Positions 12,001-23,882 of a stretch of DNA of 64,000 bases are shown in pieces (the stretch's first letter is position 1; each line of letters opens with the position of its first letter). The position numbers and the translations under genes are program-made. This DNA comes from Botryllus schlosseri (taxonomy: Eukaryota). The stretch covers positions 37,758,001 through 37,822,000 of the forward strand of contig CM119372.1 in assembly GCA_051294905.1 (NCBI GenBank). Reading direction: 5' to 3'. The notes below the pieces were generated by a model. It searched no databases. It had not been told where the DNA came from and saw nothing but the letters and a program-made list of their open reading frames with translations.

Positions 12001-15000
12001 TGTCTTTTCTTCAAAAATCATCATACTATTTATGTAGAAATTGGGTGGACTATTATTTGAAGGCGATTTCTGTAGCAGTGTAGCTGCATTTCTTGAAATC
12101 CGTGATTTTGTCTCGAAAATCTGCGTTTTCGATTTGATATGAACGAGTGCCGAAAATACATTTCCGCCAATATATATGATGGCGAACATAATAATAACGC
12201 GAACGCTTCCGATTCCGACGAGACATTTGGGTATGATAGTCAAGGATGTAGCTCATCTTTATAAGTTATTCCGGAATATTGGCTACGTATAGGCTATCAC
12301 AGGAGAAAATGGGTTTTGCAAACATTTCGAAGTCACCCTGATTGACCTGCGCGACTGCGACTTATATATTTTACAAGCCCAGCAAAATGTCCATTCTGTT
12401 GATGTGAGTCGTTTAGCAGCGATGAAGTGAAAGTGCCTCGTGATTTCCCCAATTTAAAGAAATACAAATTAAGTAATTAATCATTTTGCAAATTTAGAGG
12501 CTTCGCAGATCCCCTGAAAATGCTTCGCGAACTCCCGGTTGAGAACCGCTTTTCTCTCGCTATCTATATTATTGCTATCTATAAACGGTTGTGCTGCATC
12601 ATGAGAAGATACCGAGAGTTATTACGCATAGTGTATATTCCAAATGTGTCATAATGATGATGATAATACCTGTTTAGATATCACAGGTGCACCTGTGTAG
12701 TTCGCGAAGGTTTATTCCATGTTATGATATCACAAATCGACACGTGTCGTTGTTTTAGTAGTAAGGTTCATATAATGTTGAATGTGACCAAAGTCACATC
12801 CGTCGTTCAACTGCATGACTTTGAAGATAGTTTTGCTGATGTCAATAAGGAGCTGCTGAAATTTGATATATTTAATTGTCAATTCCGATGAAATCACTGA
12901 AAACTATGCCACTTTTAGCCTACGTTATGTGTTGATTATGTCGATTTGAATCCATGAAGACACGTCACTGTTGCGTAACTTGAACCAGGGATATTTGGGT
13001 TACCATATTGCATACTACCGCTATTTCTAGAGCACGTAGATGTCATGATCATGCTGTATGGTCGAAAATAATGAAGCCATTATATGATAAAACTCCCAGC
13101 TCATTATAAGGCTTGTGCTTATAACCTTGTATAGTATATTCATATTGAAATGAAACCGAATACCTTCAGCTGACACTCGTGACGGGTAATCGTCAGCAAC
13201 TAGTAATTAATTGGAAAAAACATTGTATATCAACAATCGTATCTCTTATAACCTTAAATAAAGTACGATTCAATGTAATTTGCATATTGCGAGCTTTCTT
13301 TCGTTCTTTCATTTTACATAAATATACTCATTGCAATGTATTTGGATCCGTCTTAGTTTTGCGTACGAAAGATAAGTGGAAAACAGTCACTACAGTCACA
13401 GGATTGAAGGATTGTTCAGTTTAAATTGATGTATGGGTTGCTAGTACGTTTAGAACGGCAGTTGACCGTGCTCGTATTGGTTTGCTGTAAAATTATAATT
13501 TATGTCGAAAAATATGAATAGTCAATAAAATAATATCTGATATTTGCTGTGGGCGCGCGGTAACATTCCAGAAATTTATTTATATATAATAATGAATTCA
13601 TAATTTTATTGTGTCCTGTATAGCATTATCCTATACTGCATGATTTATCAGCATCGATGCAGTTCAATTTACTGGCTGTTTTACCCGATTTCTCAAATTC
13701 CCTACGTCGGCATACGATACGGCGTGTATATGTGTGTGTAGCTAACGGATACTAGCCGATTAAACCACATATATGAAGGTACATACAACTGTTAAGCTTC
13801 ACAATTTTCCTACCCATAACGGTGGCAATTTCCAACGGATTATTTGTTCTAATGTCGAAGTTAACATTATGCGCTTCATATATCGCGAGGATCAGCTTCA
13901 CTTACAGACAATGCATTGCCATTACTAACGCAACACAAACTTGTACAGAATATTAGTATGAAAAACTTCACGCAATCCAAATCAGCAACATACATCACTA
14001 CCATATGTGATCGAATTATGCTCTGATTAATATTTCTTTTGTTGTTGCCCATAAGTCCGAAACGCGGATATCAATCAGTACTCACAATTAAATAAATGTC
14101 ACCATCTTTCACGCCTGTAACGATGATATCGGCTTCTTCCATCGTCCCTGACTCGGCGAAACCCAAACCCATCCATCCGTTTGTGGGAGCAGTCATCTAA
14201 AGTGTTCACAAATTCAGATAACATCTAGTGCATCAAGCATAACTACAATAGAGATGATCGTATATATATTTTTAGATGTATTCCCAATTTTTAAGGGTAA
14301 GTTTAATGTCCTACTACAAATGTAGATCCTATACTCCATTAACTATCACACCAAAATCCAAGATCGAATCCATAAATAATGAATCAGGATTCATTGCAAT
14401 ATCGCATAGTACTTTGTTAATGTTTTCAAATTTTCGGGGAAAAGATTGGCGGAGTGTGCTAAGTGACACGGTTACGACAGCATTGGTTGGTTGTTCGAGT
14501 AACGGCTCTGCCAAGTTTCTATGTGTTAGACTGCAGAGGTCTCAAACACGCGGCCCGCGAGACCATTTTGTGCGGCCCGCGACGGCATTTTGGATTTCGT
14601 AGTCTTCAACAACATTTATCTACCATTTTATTTTTTGATTCGAGAACTTTCGATCTGAAACTACTCCAGAGGCCAGAAACTACTCATCAACTTCACTATT
14701 ACATCACTTTCAAAAGTTACGACGCAGTCGAAGATTACCTATTACGTGACATTACTTGTTTATGGTGGTTATTGGTTACACATGACCCGTTGATGATCCG
14801 TACTGAAAATTGTGATTTGGATTTGGGGGTGACCTTTTGTAGAATTACTCGAACTCGAACTCAGTGGGTGATAAAATAAAAATATCTCGAGTTGAGTTGC
14901 GTCAAAAGATACAATCAGAGAAGGAATTTTGTGACGCGGAACGCCGTGACTTGGTACAACCACGGACGCTACAAACTATCAAACTGGTATGGAAAATAGT

Positions 15001-17204
15001 AAATTATCAAAAGGTCGTAGCTTGCATTTCGTAGCTTATTTAGATATCTAATCAGCTCGGTATGGCAACCATTGGCATGATTTTGTCCTCTTGGTGTATA
15101 GTTGGTTACATCCTGTGTCATCCTGGGTATCTTTATCCATGTTATTATCCCCAATTAAATGTGGCGAGCATAAAGTAGTCGTAATCTACGCTTCACAGCT
15201 GTAACACAAATGGATTCTTTGGCGATTGGACATTTCTATTGCTATGGCACAGTAATCATTATATTCAAGTTGTTATTGATCTGTTCAAATATTCGAAGGG
15301 AAATCTAACACTGATTTAATTTGACTCTGGTAATGACATGATCAATAGCTTAGTTATCAGGAGTATACCCGAGACCCGGATTTGGCTGTACTGCTCCAAT
15401 GCTCTGATATCAGATCACTCTTTGTAAAATTCTAAAATTCTACCGCCAGCTGCAAAATTATAACGCGACAGCTTTTACGATGTCCTGATGCGTTTGTACT
15501 CTCGCACGGTGTCTACAACTACTTATTTTGGCAACTTGTGCCAGGTACAGCAACAAATTTATTCAAATATCTAAAAATGTTAATTTTCGTGCCAGGCGTG
15601 AATTCACAATAGTAAATCACATTTTACGTGCGTGTGGAATGTCAGTCTGCAAGGTCCCGTCAAATAAGGCCTACTTGGAAATACATTGAATTCCCCAATT
15701 ATTGGTGCTGCGGCCCGCGGCGCCATCAAAAATAGGAAACTGGCCCGCGAGCACATTTGAGTTTGAGACCTCTGTGTTAGAGGATCTGGGCTCCTCATCG
15801 CTGACCGCAATGCATATACAGTACGAAAAGCCCAGATGATAAAGCGAAGTCGAGCTTCGAATATCGGCACCAAAATACACTTACGAGCGCGCATGCAAGC
15901 AAGAGAGATAGAGGATGAATGGGTTCGTGGCTTGAAGTCTTTCGAATAGAGTACAGAACGCGAAAGACAATGAACATTAGAACAATCATTATCATGGCTC
16001 AAATAACCTGATTAGGCTATAAGCGCCAAAATTGTTCAATAAAACAAAATTACAAATTTCATGTCCAAGTCCAATTACAAATAGTGATCACTGCTTATCT
16101 TTAATAAATACTAATGCAGAATCTCGGAGAGGTTAATAGGTTTCGTACTTCCAAATTTGTGACAGCCTGTAGACAACGAGTATCCAACATTTTTACGCCG
16201 TATCTCCCTTTGAAAAGATTCGAAAAATAATTGCGCCCCAATTTTCAATATTTAAAAAAGAATTAAGAAACGTTCTTTTAATAAGACAAATAGTTTTACG
16301 ATAACAAGTAGTTAAAATGATGAAATGATAAAGATAAAACAACTAATAAACATGATTGTAGATTAATTAGCTATAACGTATTCAGTTAAAGTGATGGTTG
16401 ATCTTGTTTTGCTGGTTTGGAGGCGGAAGGATGAAAGAAAAGTTAAGATCAAGAAGTAGCTGATTGCTCTACCATTGTTTTTTATAATATAATTTTTTTG
16501 TTGTTTTAATGGAGTAGACTTAGATATGATGCATTTTAAAATAATTTCATTGACCCCTTGAACAAAACGTTAAACAAGGTGAAAAACTGCTATAAAGTTG
16601 ACAATGTCAATTAAATTTAAAGCTCGTAGTTTCGCAATGCTAATCGAATTTTACTCACCTTCGATTCTAAATATACTATTTTTGATATACAATTGTTTCC
16701 TATCCTTTACTAATTGTGGACGATTTTCCCTAAAGAGTGTCAGCCGAAAGTATTTTGGTTCATTTCAATGTGAATATACTATTACAATATATTGAAGTTC
16801 TGTACCTCCAAGAAGCTCTTCGAATATATATATATATATATATTGAGGTCGCGTACCACTCTCACAAATATTACAAACTAGGACATCAAAATGTAACAGT
16901 AGAGTATAAAACAACAATGTACATTCTACGAATGATATAGGTCTCTACATGGTGTATTTTGCTGGATAAAAACAGCGTCAAAAGGAAATTTGCGCTAGCT
17001 CAAATATGTAACGAAAGTAATTCCTGGCTGAGCGAAGAAATCAAACAAACTTACCTCAATGAGCAATTCATTGCGGTTGACTATCCAATGTATGGCAACA
17101 TCTTCACTCAAATCTTCCATATACTCAAAGGTAGAACTCGTACTCTTTTGTCTTGCAACGCATGCTTTTATCAATATCAATAAAAAAATACACCTCCAAA
17201 TCAT
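3048..17204 (-). CDS. Second DOMON-domain (MOXD/DBH-like) gene A, 5' portion; 3' exons not found in the window
   Basis: Exon 1 17055-17204 (signal peptide MIWRCIFLLILIKACVA...VAIHWIVNRNELLIE|gtaagt). Exon 2 14086-14196 (MTAPTNGWMGLGFAESGTMEEADIIVTGV...|gtgagt). Exon 3 3387-3533 (DAHSERNGVPAVD...FLRILDTGDKDDAMIK; 147 nt, the same length as gene B exon 3). Exon 4 3234-3324 (EGATTVIWAYGDND...YHNRNR). Tentative exon 5 3048-3142. The first three intron positions and phases match gene B. Confidence 0.8.
4956..5267. mobile_element. hAT MITE, same family as 24371-27851
   Basis: CAGTTGTTCTCGAAC...GTTTGAGAACCAATG; shared internal sequence ATCAAACTATCCGT; TSD degraded. Confidence 0.7.
5820..6226 (+). 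promoter_or_regulatory. Putative GPCR1 promoter (TATAAA at 5895 and 6053) and 5'-UTR intron 6156-6226
   Basis: GTAAGT...TTCTAG intron with equivalents upstream of GPCR2 (10420-10497) and GPCR3 (20552-20619); the block CATTCCTATC..GGTATAAATG occurs twice. Confidence 0.5.
6255..7310 (+). CDS. Class A (rhodopsin-like) GPCR, 351 aa, uninterrupted ORF, orphan
   Basis: Seven hydrophobic segments; TM1 GIIAN, TM2 LSFSD, TM3 Cys (FCY) plus ECL2 Cys (MCT), TM4 Trp, TM5 Pro (LVP), TM7 NPFLY; N-terminal sequon NFT. Confidence 0.93.
   Translation: MTSSPSFLQNFTAKSSPQTPSADISPHAVAVVWSVFGMLAFVGIIANITIIIILLRMKSSNFTLIVTGLSFSDLVSALNSPFYIYSTLNWNHYELPWVFCYTTLPFDIGTSMVTEQHVLLLSIIRLRSLVYAFDSRRDSMSVQSCRKLIQVSWFISFSLMILPMVLQTQQVSDDDGSMCTFGEKGLVWLNVATAISVTIGILVPILLIVGTCVAIVFLLHRRRASSIAPATSKMSKKRENQALFQLKAIIVSFLLGYGINYCAQMSFLVNMSHAPNLFLALVFVPHAALRVTECLNPFLYYFASSEIKKEVQRCRRNLVKFVRQRFIFAANETATNTTTTITTIASNEETG
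8090..9476. mobile_element. hAT non-autonomous element containing a LINE fragment
   Basis: Termini CAGGGCTC... and ...GAACCCCTG; TSD GTCTAGTC (8082-8089 and 9477-9484). Confidence 0.8.
8690..9385 (+). mobile_element. 5'-truncated LINE 3' end (L2/CR1/Crack-like ORF2 C-terminus + 3' UTR)
   Basis: WGAASKTTLKPLQKLQHQALRI...FMYQF...SIKYAGPDLWKSIP...FKSKYK; AATAAA and an (ATTGA)n-like tail. Confidence 0.8.
10526..11578 (+). CDS. Class A GPCR paralog, 350 aa, uninterrupted ORF, orphan
   Basis: Collinear with 6255-7310 with the same motifs (LSFSD, LSAIRL, ECLNPFLYYF); flanking DNA is also homologous. Confidence 0.93.
   Translation: MTTSPSLPQNITTNSSIETPSSDISPHALVVVWSIFGMLTVAGVIANIAMIIILFRIKASNFTLIVTGLSFSDLVSALNSPFYVYSNLNWHQYELPWIFCYTTLPFDTATSMVTEQHVLLLSAIRLRSLVYALDSRRDGMSVQSCRKLILGSWFISFSVMILPMFLQAQLIYDSYGSMCSFGKKGLVWLNVATIISVTIGILIPMALVVGICIAIVIFLRRRRTSCISQSTSKSSKRKESHALFQLKAIIITFLVGYGINYGVQMSFFVDRSHGPNLFKLLVFAPHAALRVTECLNPFLYYFASTEIKKEVQRCRRSAIEFFRKRFICAGIYPAANTSNTTATASSTEIS
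11830..12551. mobile_element. hAT MITE, family shared with 37859-38611
   Basis: CAGTTGTTCTCAACC...GGTTGAGAACCGCT; internal sequence is the reverse complement of the 37859 copy. Confidence 0.75.
14534..15774. mobile_element. hAT non-autonomous element; internal ~1 kb repeated at ~17870-18846
   Basis: TIR CAGAGGTCTCAAAC...GTTTGAGACCTCTG with GCGGCCCGC subterminal motifs; near-TSD TGTTAGA(C/G). Confidence 0.75.
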
Positions 17205-17379
17205 TCTGCGCCGATATCAAATCTATCATGTATATTCCTTAGCCGATGCGCTTTGCTATTCACCGTAGGAATCACAATGCCATAATATCTTACTCCTGGA
17301 CTTTGGTGGAGTCGTTTTGATGACGTACAAAGTTTGTAAATCGAACTGCGTAAATATGCCCTAATAGGCGTCGAATTCT

Positions 17380-17600
17380 AGCAATTTTTAAGTAATCGTT
17401 CGTTAATGAGCGTGAACGCAGAATTCAATGCGGAAGCCGTCATAGACTTCGTCCTTTTTACTAACCAAAGGCCATACTTTGTCGCGACATGTATGATCGA
17501 ATAAGTTTTAATGACATAATTGATACCACACCACACAAAATTTAAAACTGTGTTCATGACAGATTCTCCACTTCGTTCCGAATGTGCGTCTTTAATGGCG
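17380..17600 (-). pseudogene. Relic DOMON exon-3-like segment, paralogous to 3387-3533
   Basis: FILAIKDAHSERSGESVMNTVLNFVW versus FILFCKDAHSERNGVPAVDRVPNVEW. KDAHS codons differ only at third positions. Similarity is lost downstream. Confidence 0.5.
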
Positions 17601-17869
17601 AGGATAAATTTCGAAGAAAATATTACCATTATTGAAACAATTGAAGTGACATTTATCCTTTTCGCACCAATACGCCACAAATATCGTCACAACTCACATA
17701 TATTGTCACGTATGGTGACGTACTGAATCAAATTGAGAGAATATTATATGGAAAAAGAACATTTGGTGCTGGGCCAGTATTGTTTGACATTCCCATTCAC
17801 TGGTATATCTGTCCGTCTCCTATCACAGCAACGGTACCATGCGGTGGAAGATTAGCAATTGCGTCGCAT

Positions 17870-18846
17870 TGCCTGTTTATGACGGCGCGACCTTTCGTAG
17901 AATTACTCGAACTCGGACTGAATGGGTGATAAAATAAAAATGACTGGAGTTCAGTCGGGCCACCCGTTATAATCAGAAACGGACTTGTGACTTGGAACGC
18001 CGTGACTTCGTACATCCACGGACGTAACATTATTATCAAACTTGGATGGGGAATTGTAATATATCAAAAGGTCGTAGCTTGAGTTGCGTATTAAGCTGTC
18101 TAAGCAGGTCGGTATGACAACCATTGGCATTCTGTTAACCCTATTGATGTATAGTCCCTGGTCAGTTACAACCTGCGTCATATTGGCACTCTTTATCCAT
18201 GTTATTATTGCCAATTAAAGGTGACGAGTAGGTATAGTGGTACACGCTTCACGATTCACAGCTGTAACACCAATGGATTCCTCGGCGAATCGACATTTCT
18301 ATTACTATGGCACATTGATCAATATATCAAATTTGTTTTTGATCTGTTGCAATACTCGAAAGTAAATCTAACGCTGATTTAATTTGATTTTCGTAATGAC
18401 ATGGTCAATAGCCTACTTATCGGTATATGCCTGAGACCCGGATTAGGCTACACTGCACAAATGATCTGATATCAGATCAATCTTTGTTAAATTCTAAAAC
18501 ATCTACCTATAATATTGGTACGTCAAATGTTCTCTAGCTGTGAAATTGTGACGCGACAGCTTTTACGATGACCCGATGCATTTGTAACCTTGCATGGTCT
18601 CTATAACTAATTATTTTGACAAACTATGCCAACAATTTTATTCGAATATTTAGAAATATGATATCTGTCGTGAACTCACAATAGCAAATGACATTTTATA
18701 CACGTGTTGTAATGCCAGCCTGCAAGGTGCCTTCTAATAAGCCATACTTGGTAATACATATAATACCCCCATATTGTTGCTGCGGCGCGCGGCGCCTTCA
18801 GAAGCTAGGAAATTGGCCCGCTAGCACAGTTGAGTGGGAAGCCCCT
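17870..18846. repeat. Diverged second copy of the 14.8-15.77 kb segment, retaining the right hAT-like end
   Basis: Shared blocks GTAGAATTACTCGAACTC, ATCAAAAGGTCGTAGCTTG, GACGCGACAGCTTTTACGATG; ends ...GGAAGCCCCTG. Confidence 0.75.
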
Positions 18847-20788
18847 GTTTCACGCTCGGTTAGTGATAGGTCGACTCGAGTAATGACTTGTGACTTATGT
18901 AAAGTTGAAAAATATTTCCGTATTATCGGTGGTTAGACACCAGAAAGTAAGACACTGTCACTTTGACCCCATGTTCGAAACAATATTTTGTCAGTCTCCA
19001 CTGCATCACACCCTCAAAAAGCGCTTGTCGTGCCTTCCCATCCCCTTGCAGGAATCAAGTAAAATTATTTGGAGATTCATCTTCCTCACCTCATTTCTTT
19101 TTCTAGTCATTTCATCAGCGTGACTTCTAGATGCGATTCAGTGTGCCTAACGGCGAACGCAAGACTTGTTTGTTTCAATAGGTTTACTACGTACAAACAT
19201 TGCAAGTATCAATGTTTTTTTTTCAAATCATTTAGCATGAACTGCCTAGTCGCGCAAAGAGCGAAATGTTTCGAAGTATAGATGAATGACATTTGTCAAA
19301 AATATCAGTGCATTTCCATGACCATTCCATGTTGTCGTGCTGAAATTTGTGTATGGAGAGACGTGGAACCGATGGATCAAAAATTGCAAAATGATATCTG
19401 CCCCTCAAATATTCAGCCAAGAATAGCAGATCTTTTGATGGCTCACAACACTTTGATCCGAGCTCTACCCATCGCGGATATTTACATGAATATCCGCATT
19501 TTCATGAAACAGTTATGAACGTTCCAAATTTGTTGCTTGAACGTATCATTGGTCCCCACCCGGTGGGTCTAAAGGCACACGACCATGGGACCTATGAGAC
19601 ATACGCTCATAAACTCGAATTATTCATCTTGTTTTGTTGTGTACTGTCATCTAAGCTACAGCTAGCCAATGGAGGCTCTTTCGTCGCCACCTTCAAGAAT
19701 AAACTGGATTATATTAACTCAACTTCTGGCGCAAAATCACGTTTCGATTTACGCCCAAACTTATGCAATTATTGGCACATACATATTATCCGTAAATCGA
19801 CATTTTGACTTTCAAATACCTCGTTATAGCGATAAAACACCACAGCTAATTATGATTTGCGGCCTCTATATATGAAGGCGTGTTTCTGTTGTTAAGTGAT
19901 TAGTTGGTCCAACTATTTTGCTTGATTTGACTATAGTACCATAGCCCCCCTCACAAGGATATGTGACAAATTATCATCAGGAGATCCCGCAATGCGTGAA
20001 GAAAAATCTTCATTCACAGGAAATTCAGAAAATATTACATACCTATCTATGAGGCGATCGCGCGGTCGCGACCCATACTTTAATAACCGCCCTTATAAAG
20101 GTATAATACATGGCCAGGAAACTGGGCAGTGGGCACCAATTGACATGCGACGACGAATGTTATGCAACAGAACAAGTGTGATCATATTTAGCTTGAAAGG
20201 ATTTTAGCATGTCGATATCTCAAAATCTCATTCGAATCATGGAAGTGTGACTCCATCGAACTTTCTGATGGGATTAAGAGATGTGTATATAGGCTACCAC
20301 ATTAGCTTTTAATGGAGCTGACAATTTATGCATTTTCCAAATCAATCTTAAAGCATTAGTATTTATTGGGCCAGCTGCATATCAACATTTCAACAGATAG
20401 CTCTCTGTGATTGATTTTACATTAACTCCAGTGAGGATTTGCCATATATGAAGCTCGCAACGATGTCGAAGACTCCCTCGTTTGTATCTCAAACTCGGGT
20501 GGGCTACTATATACGCATGGCATAAGATGGGATAACTATGATCAATCTGACGTAAGTATTTTTACTCCCCAGATTTTTTGATTGGAAGCACCGTAATGTC
20601 AGTAATTCTATATTAACAGAATCTGTTAGCAGGCTGTAGGTTCGTGCATCAGCCACGCCTGGGAATCATGGCCAGCCTACCTTCGTCGTTTCCTCAAGAC
20701 ATAGCAACACCATCAAGCAATCAAACATCCCTCGATCTCGGCCTGACTACGCTTACTGTAGTATGGAGTATTTCTGAGATTTTGACGA

Positions 20789-21672
20789 GTCCACGTCGTC
20801 CAAATATCATATGATCGACCGAAAAGATCATCGCTCTATCAAATATGCCGGACCTGATGTGTGGAACCAGTGGTGGCCCTACGAACGGGGGGGGCCTGGG
20901 CGAGACTTACCGGGGGGGGGCTATAAGTATCTATTCGTAACTTCTGGGGGGCTCCGCCCACCTTCCGCATCGGTTATTATTAGCTATCTATCTTTCACCA
21001 CCGCAAAAGGTTTGCCCAGGTCCTGGATTCGGCCATGTCTGTTTTGCATGTGTGCAAGGATAGACTACATCAAAACTAAGTAATTCTACCGCATGCAGAG
21101 GCGTGATGATTATCGGGATACGGGACTTTTCTAACAAATCCAGTGATTTGATGATGATTGACACATCTGTACTGAATCATATTCTTGCTTGGTACTCGGA
21201 TTTCCATGTTTATTCGTCATTCTCCTTGAAAAAAGCGCAAAATCCAAATAGGGGGGGCCCCTTCGACCAGGGGGGCCCCGGGCGACCGCCCACCTCGCCC
21301 ACCCCAAAAGCCACCACTGTGTGGAACAGTATCCCGATGGCCATCCGGCAGTCGACGAGCATGTCCACATTCAAGTCGAAATACAAGCAATAATTACTAA
21401 ATAAATACAGTCCATCCTCAAGATTACCGGACCACGACTGACCTATCGATCTCGCTTCCTATGACATGCCGCCCTATTTCTTGTCGCTTCCTTTTTCTAT
21501 ACTATCTTCTTTACTTTCATTCCGTGTGCATGCCTCCTCTTTACATCGCCTAGGCCAAGGTGGGTGTCTGATTCCATAGACAACTCCTATAGTCGCTTCG
21601 ACATCTTCCTGTCTTTTCATTGTATCGCATTTTTTGTGGTGTATTGAACTGATAAAATTGCTAATAAACCAA
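20789..21672 (+). mobile_element. LINE 3' fragment (same family as 8690-9385) inserted in GPCR copy 3
   Basis: CGCTCTATCAAATATGCCGGACCTGAT and GACCTATCGATCTCGC are shared with the 8.9-9.3 kb copy; AATAAA at ~21663; possible short TSD TGACGA. Confidence 0.8.
20868..21319. mobile_element. hAT MITE inserted in the LINE fragment
   Basis: TIR CAGTGGTGGC...GCCACCACTG; perfect TSD TGTGGAAC. Confidence 0.9.
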
Positions 21673-23100
21673 TGACGATGATGATTGTAGGTTTGCTTGA
21701 CAACACAGCGATGGTCATTGTCCTGCTTAAAATCAAGTCCAGTATATTCACCGTGATCGTGACCGGACTATGTTTTTGTGATCTTCTATCAGCTTACAAC
21801 AGCCTCTGTTATGTAGGCTATATCAGTCCACATACAGAGATAGTTTTGAATTACCGTGTTTGTTTGTTTTTTGCTACACGATCATTACCTGTGACGTTGC
21901 GACCACAATGGTGACGGAACAACACGTACTGCTTCTGAGAGTAATACGGTTCCGTAGTATAGTGTATGCTCCCGATTCTCGAGGTGATTGTATTATTGTG
22001 GAGTCGTATCGCAAACTGATCATATGATCATGGTTTCTATCGTATACCGTCGTGATATTTCCAATTATCGTTCAATCTGAACACGTATATGATGATGGCA
22101 GTAGCATGTATTGTGCACTTTCGGGAAACACGGATCCATGTGACTGGCATTGCCAGCTGGAATATCGGCATCGGTAGGAATAATAATACCGATGTTACGG
22201 TTGTCAGTCTGCCCGTAGTGATAGTAATCGTCTTAATACGCCGCAGAATATCCTCGGTCGCCGATTCTGTCAGCAAGTCGTCAAAGGAGAAGAACCAAGC
22301 CATTTCCCAACTAAAGGCAACGGTTATTAATTTTCTGATAGGTTACGGCGGGCTAATATTGTACTTTTTCTAAATTGATTACCACCAGAACACGTTCTTT
22401 GCTTTGATATTCGTGCCACACGCGGTGCTCCGTGTGACGGAATGTGTTAACCCTTTTTTGTACTATTTCGCATCTGCCTACATTAACAAGGAAGTGAAGC
22501 TATTGAAGAGCAATGCGCGCGAGTTCTTTACCTAGCGTTTCGGCTCTGCTGTTGCGCAGACTACTGCGGAATGTGCGGATGGTGCAACTGCGGCCACTAC
22601 CAAGTAGACCAGTGATAAAAAAAACCTTTTACGGCTTGCCTATCATTAGTGATCAATATCCCGCCCTTGACTGCGAATCTTGTCGCTTTTGTTTTTCTCG
22701 AATATATTCCTTGTATTGACGTCATGGGTTTTCTCGTTTGGAGGTGATACGAAGAATCCGATGGTATATTTTGCAGTCGACCAATTGCATTCCTACCGAC
22801 AGTAACCCAGCAAAGAATCCCGTATTGTATCATGTCGTAGTGAAATGACGTAATGAAGTAATGAAGTAATTAAGATCGAATGCAAGTTTAATATATTTGC
22901 TACCTCGGAGGAAGTAAAAACGCAGTTTTTTTCGCATGTCGGATCGCGGCGCTCTGACGAGAGAAATGCGACAGAATTGACTTTTAGTAACCGCATAGCA
23001 ATTATTCACCACCATAAGGGTTTTCTATAGGTCATGGCTTTTGAATCCTTTGTCCAGGGCCCAGTACCGGGCCACTGCGCTATTTTCAGAGGCCCTAGAG

Positions 23101-23882
23101 CAGGGGTGGCCAACCTTTTTGTTATTCACGGCCGCATTCCAGGTCATAGTCGTAATGAACTAACTGGACGCCAAATGTTCATGATAAACTGTCCATGTCC
23201 ATTTCCGGCGAACTGCAGACTAAGCCACTTTTTCATATCGACTTACTATACGCACAGATGTCGCTAGTGTTCATGTAATGAAGAGTTACTGGAATCGGTT
23301 ATGGTCGCGCGAAGCGATAAAGATTTTAACTTCAAAAATGACTTTCGCATGTTACTACCAGATATTCAGCTTTTCTCAGTCGATTTGATCAGATTCACCG
23401 GTCGAATTGATGGAAAGAGTATCTTCGAAAATTAAGTGTAAATTGAGTTAATTCAATTCGGTTATACATGATGATGCATCTTCGGGTGGACCAATTTTTA
23501 TTAGTCACTTTGCTGCATGTTGTTATTTCTTGACCTCCCATCAGGATGGTCGGTATAATGGAAATATATTAGAATCGCCCAAGTGAATCAGGAAAAAATT
23601 CCTTCTTGAGGAGCACACGATTCCAAGTTGGTAATTCTATATAGGGTGCATCATTTCCCTCTGCTGTTCGCATATGTATTGTGTGGCCCACGTTGAAAAA
23701 GGTGCTACTATATTAAATACTAAAAATGAAGTCGCGTGGCGCTAAGAAAATTTCAAGATATATTCGGGAGTGAATACGTAAATACAATTTGCATGAGGAC
23801 GGCCACCAAGTCATACTAATTGAATTACGTATGTCCACAGCCGAACAAATTTCCCTCTACGGCCGCAAGTTGGCCACCCCGG
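23101..23882. mobile_element. hAT MITE
   Basis: CAGGGGTGGCCAAC...GTTGGCCACCCCGG; TSD CCCTAGAG; related to 46407-47242 and 36203-36727. Confidence 0.88.

Larger units (their letters stand above)
20668..22607 (+). pseudogene. Third GPCR paralog, disrupted by a LINE+MITE insertion, frameshifts and stops
   Basis: ATG at 20668, then VWSISEILT. After an insertion (~20789-21672) it resumes IVGLLDNTAMVIVLLKIKSSIFTVIVTG, then MVTEQHVLLLRVIRFRS, KEKNQAISQLKA and RVTECVNPFLYYFAS in shifting frames with stops. Confidence 0.9.

Noticed and set aside
22597-22833. LINE-like peptide IQYGILCWVTVGRNAIGRLQ on the minus strand
   Set aside because: Too short to assign or delimit confidently.
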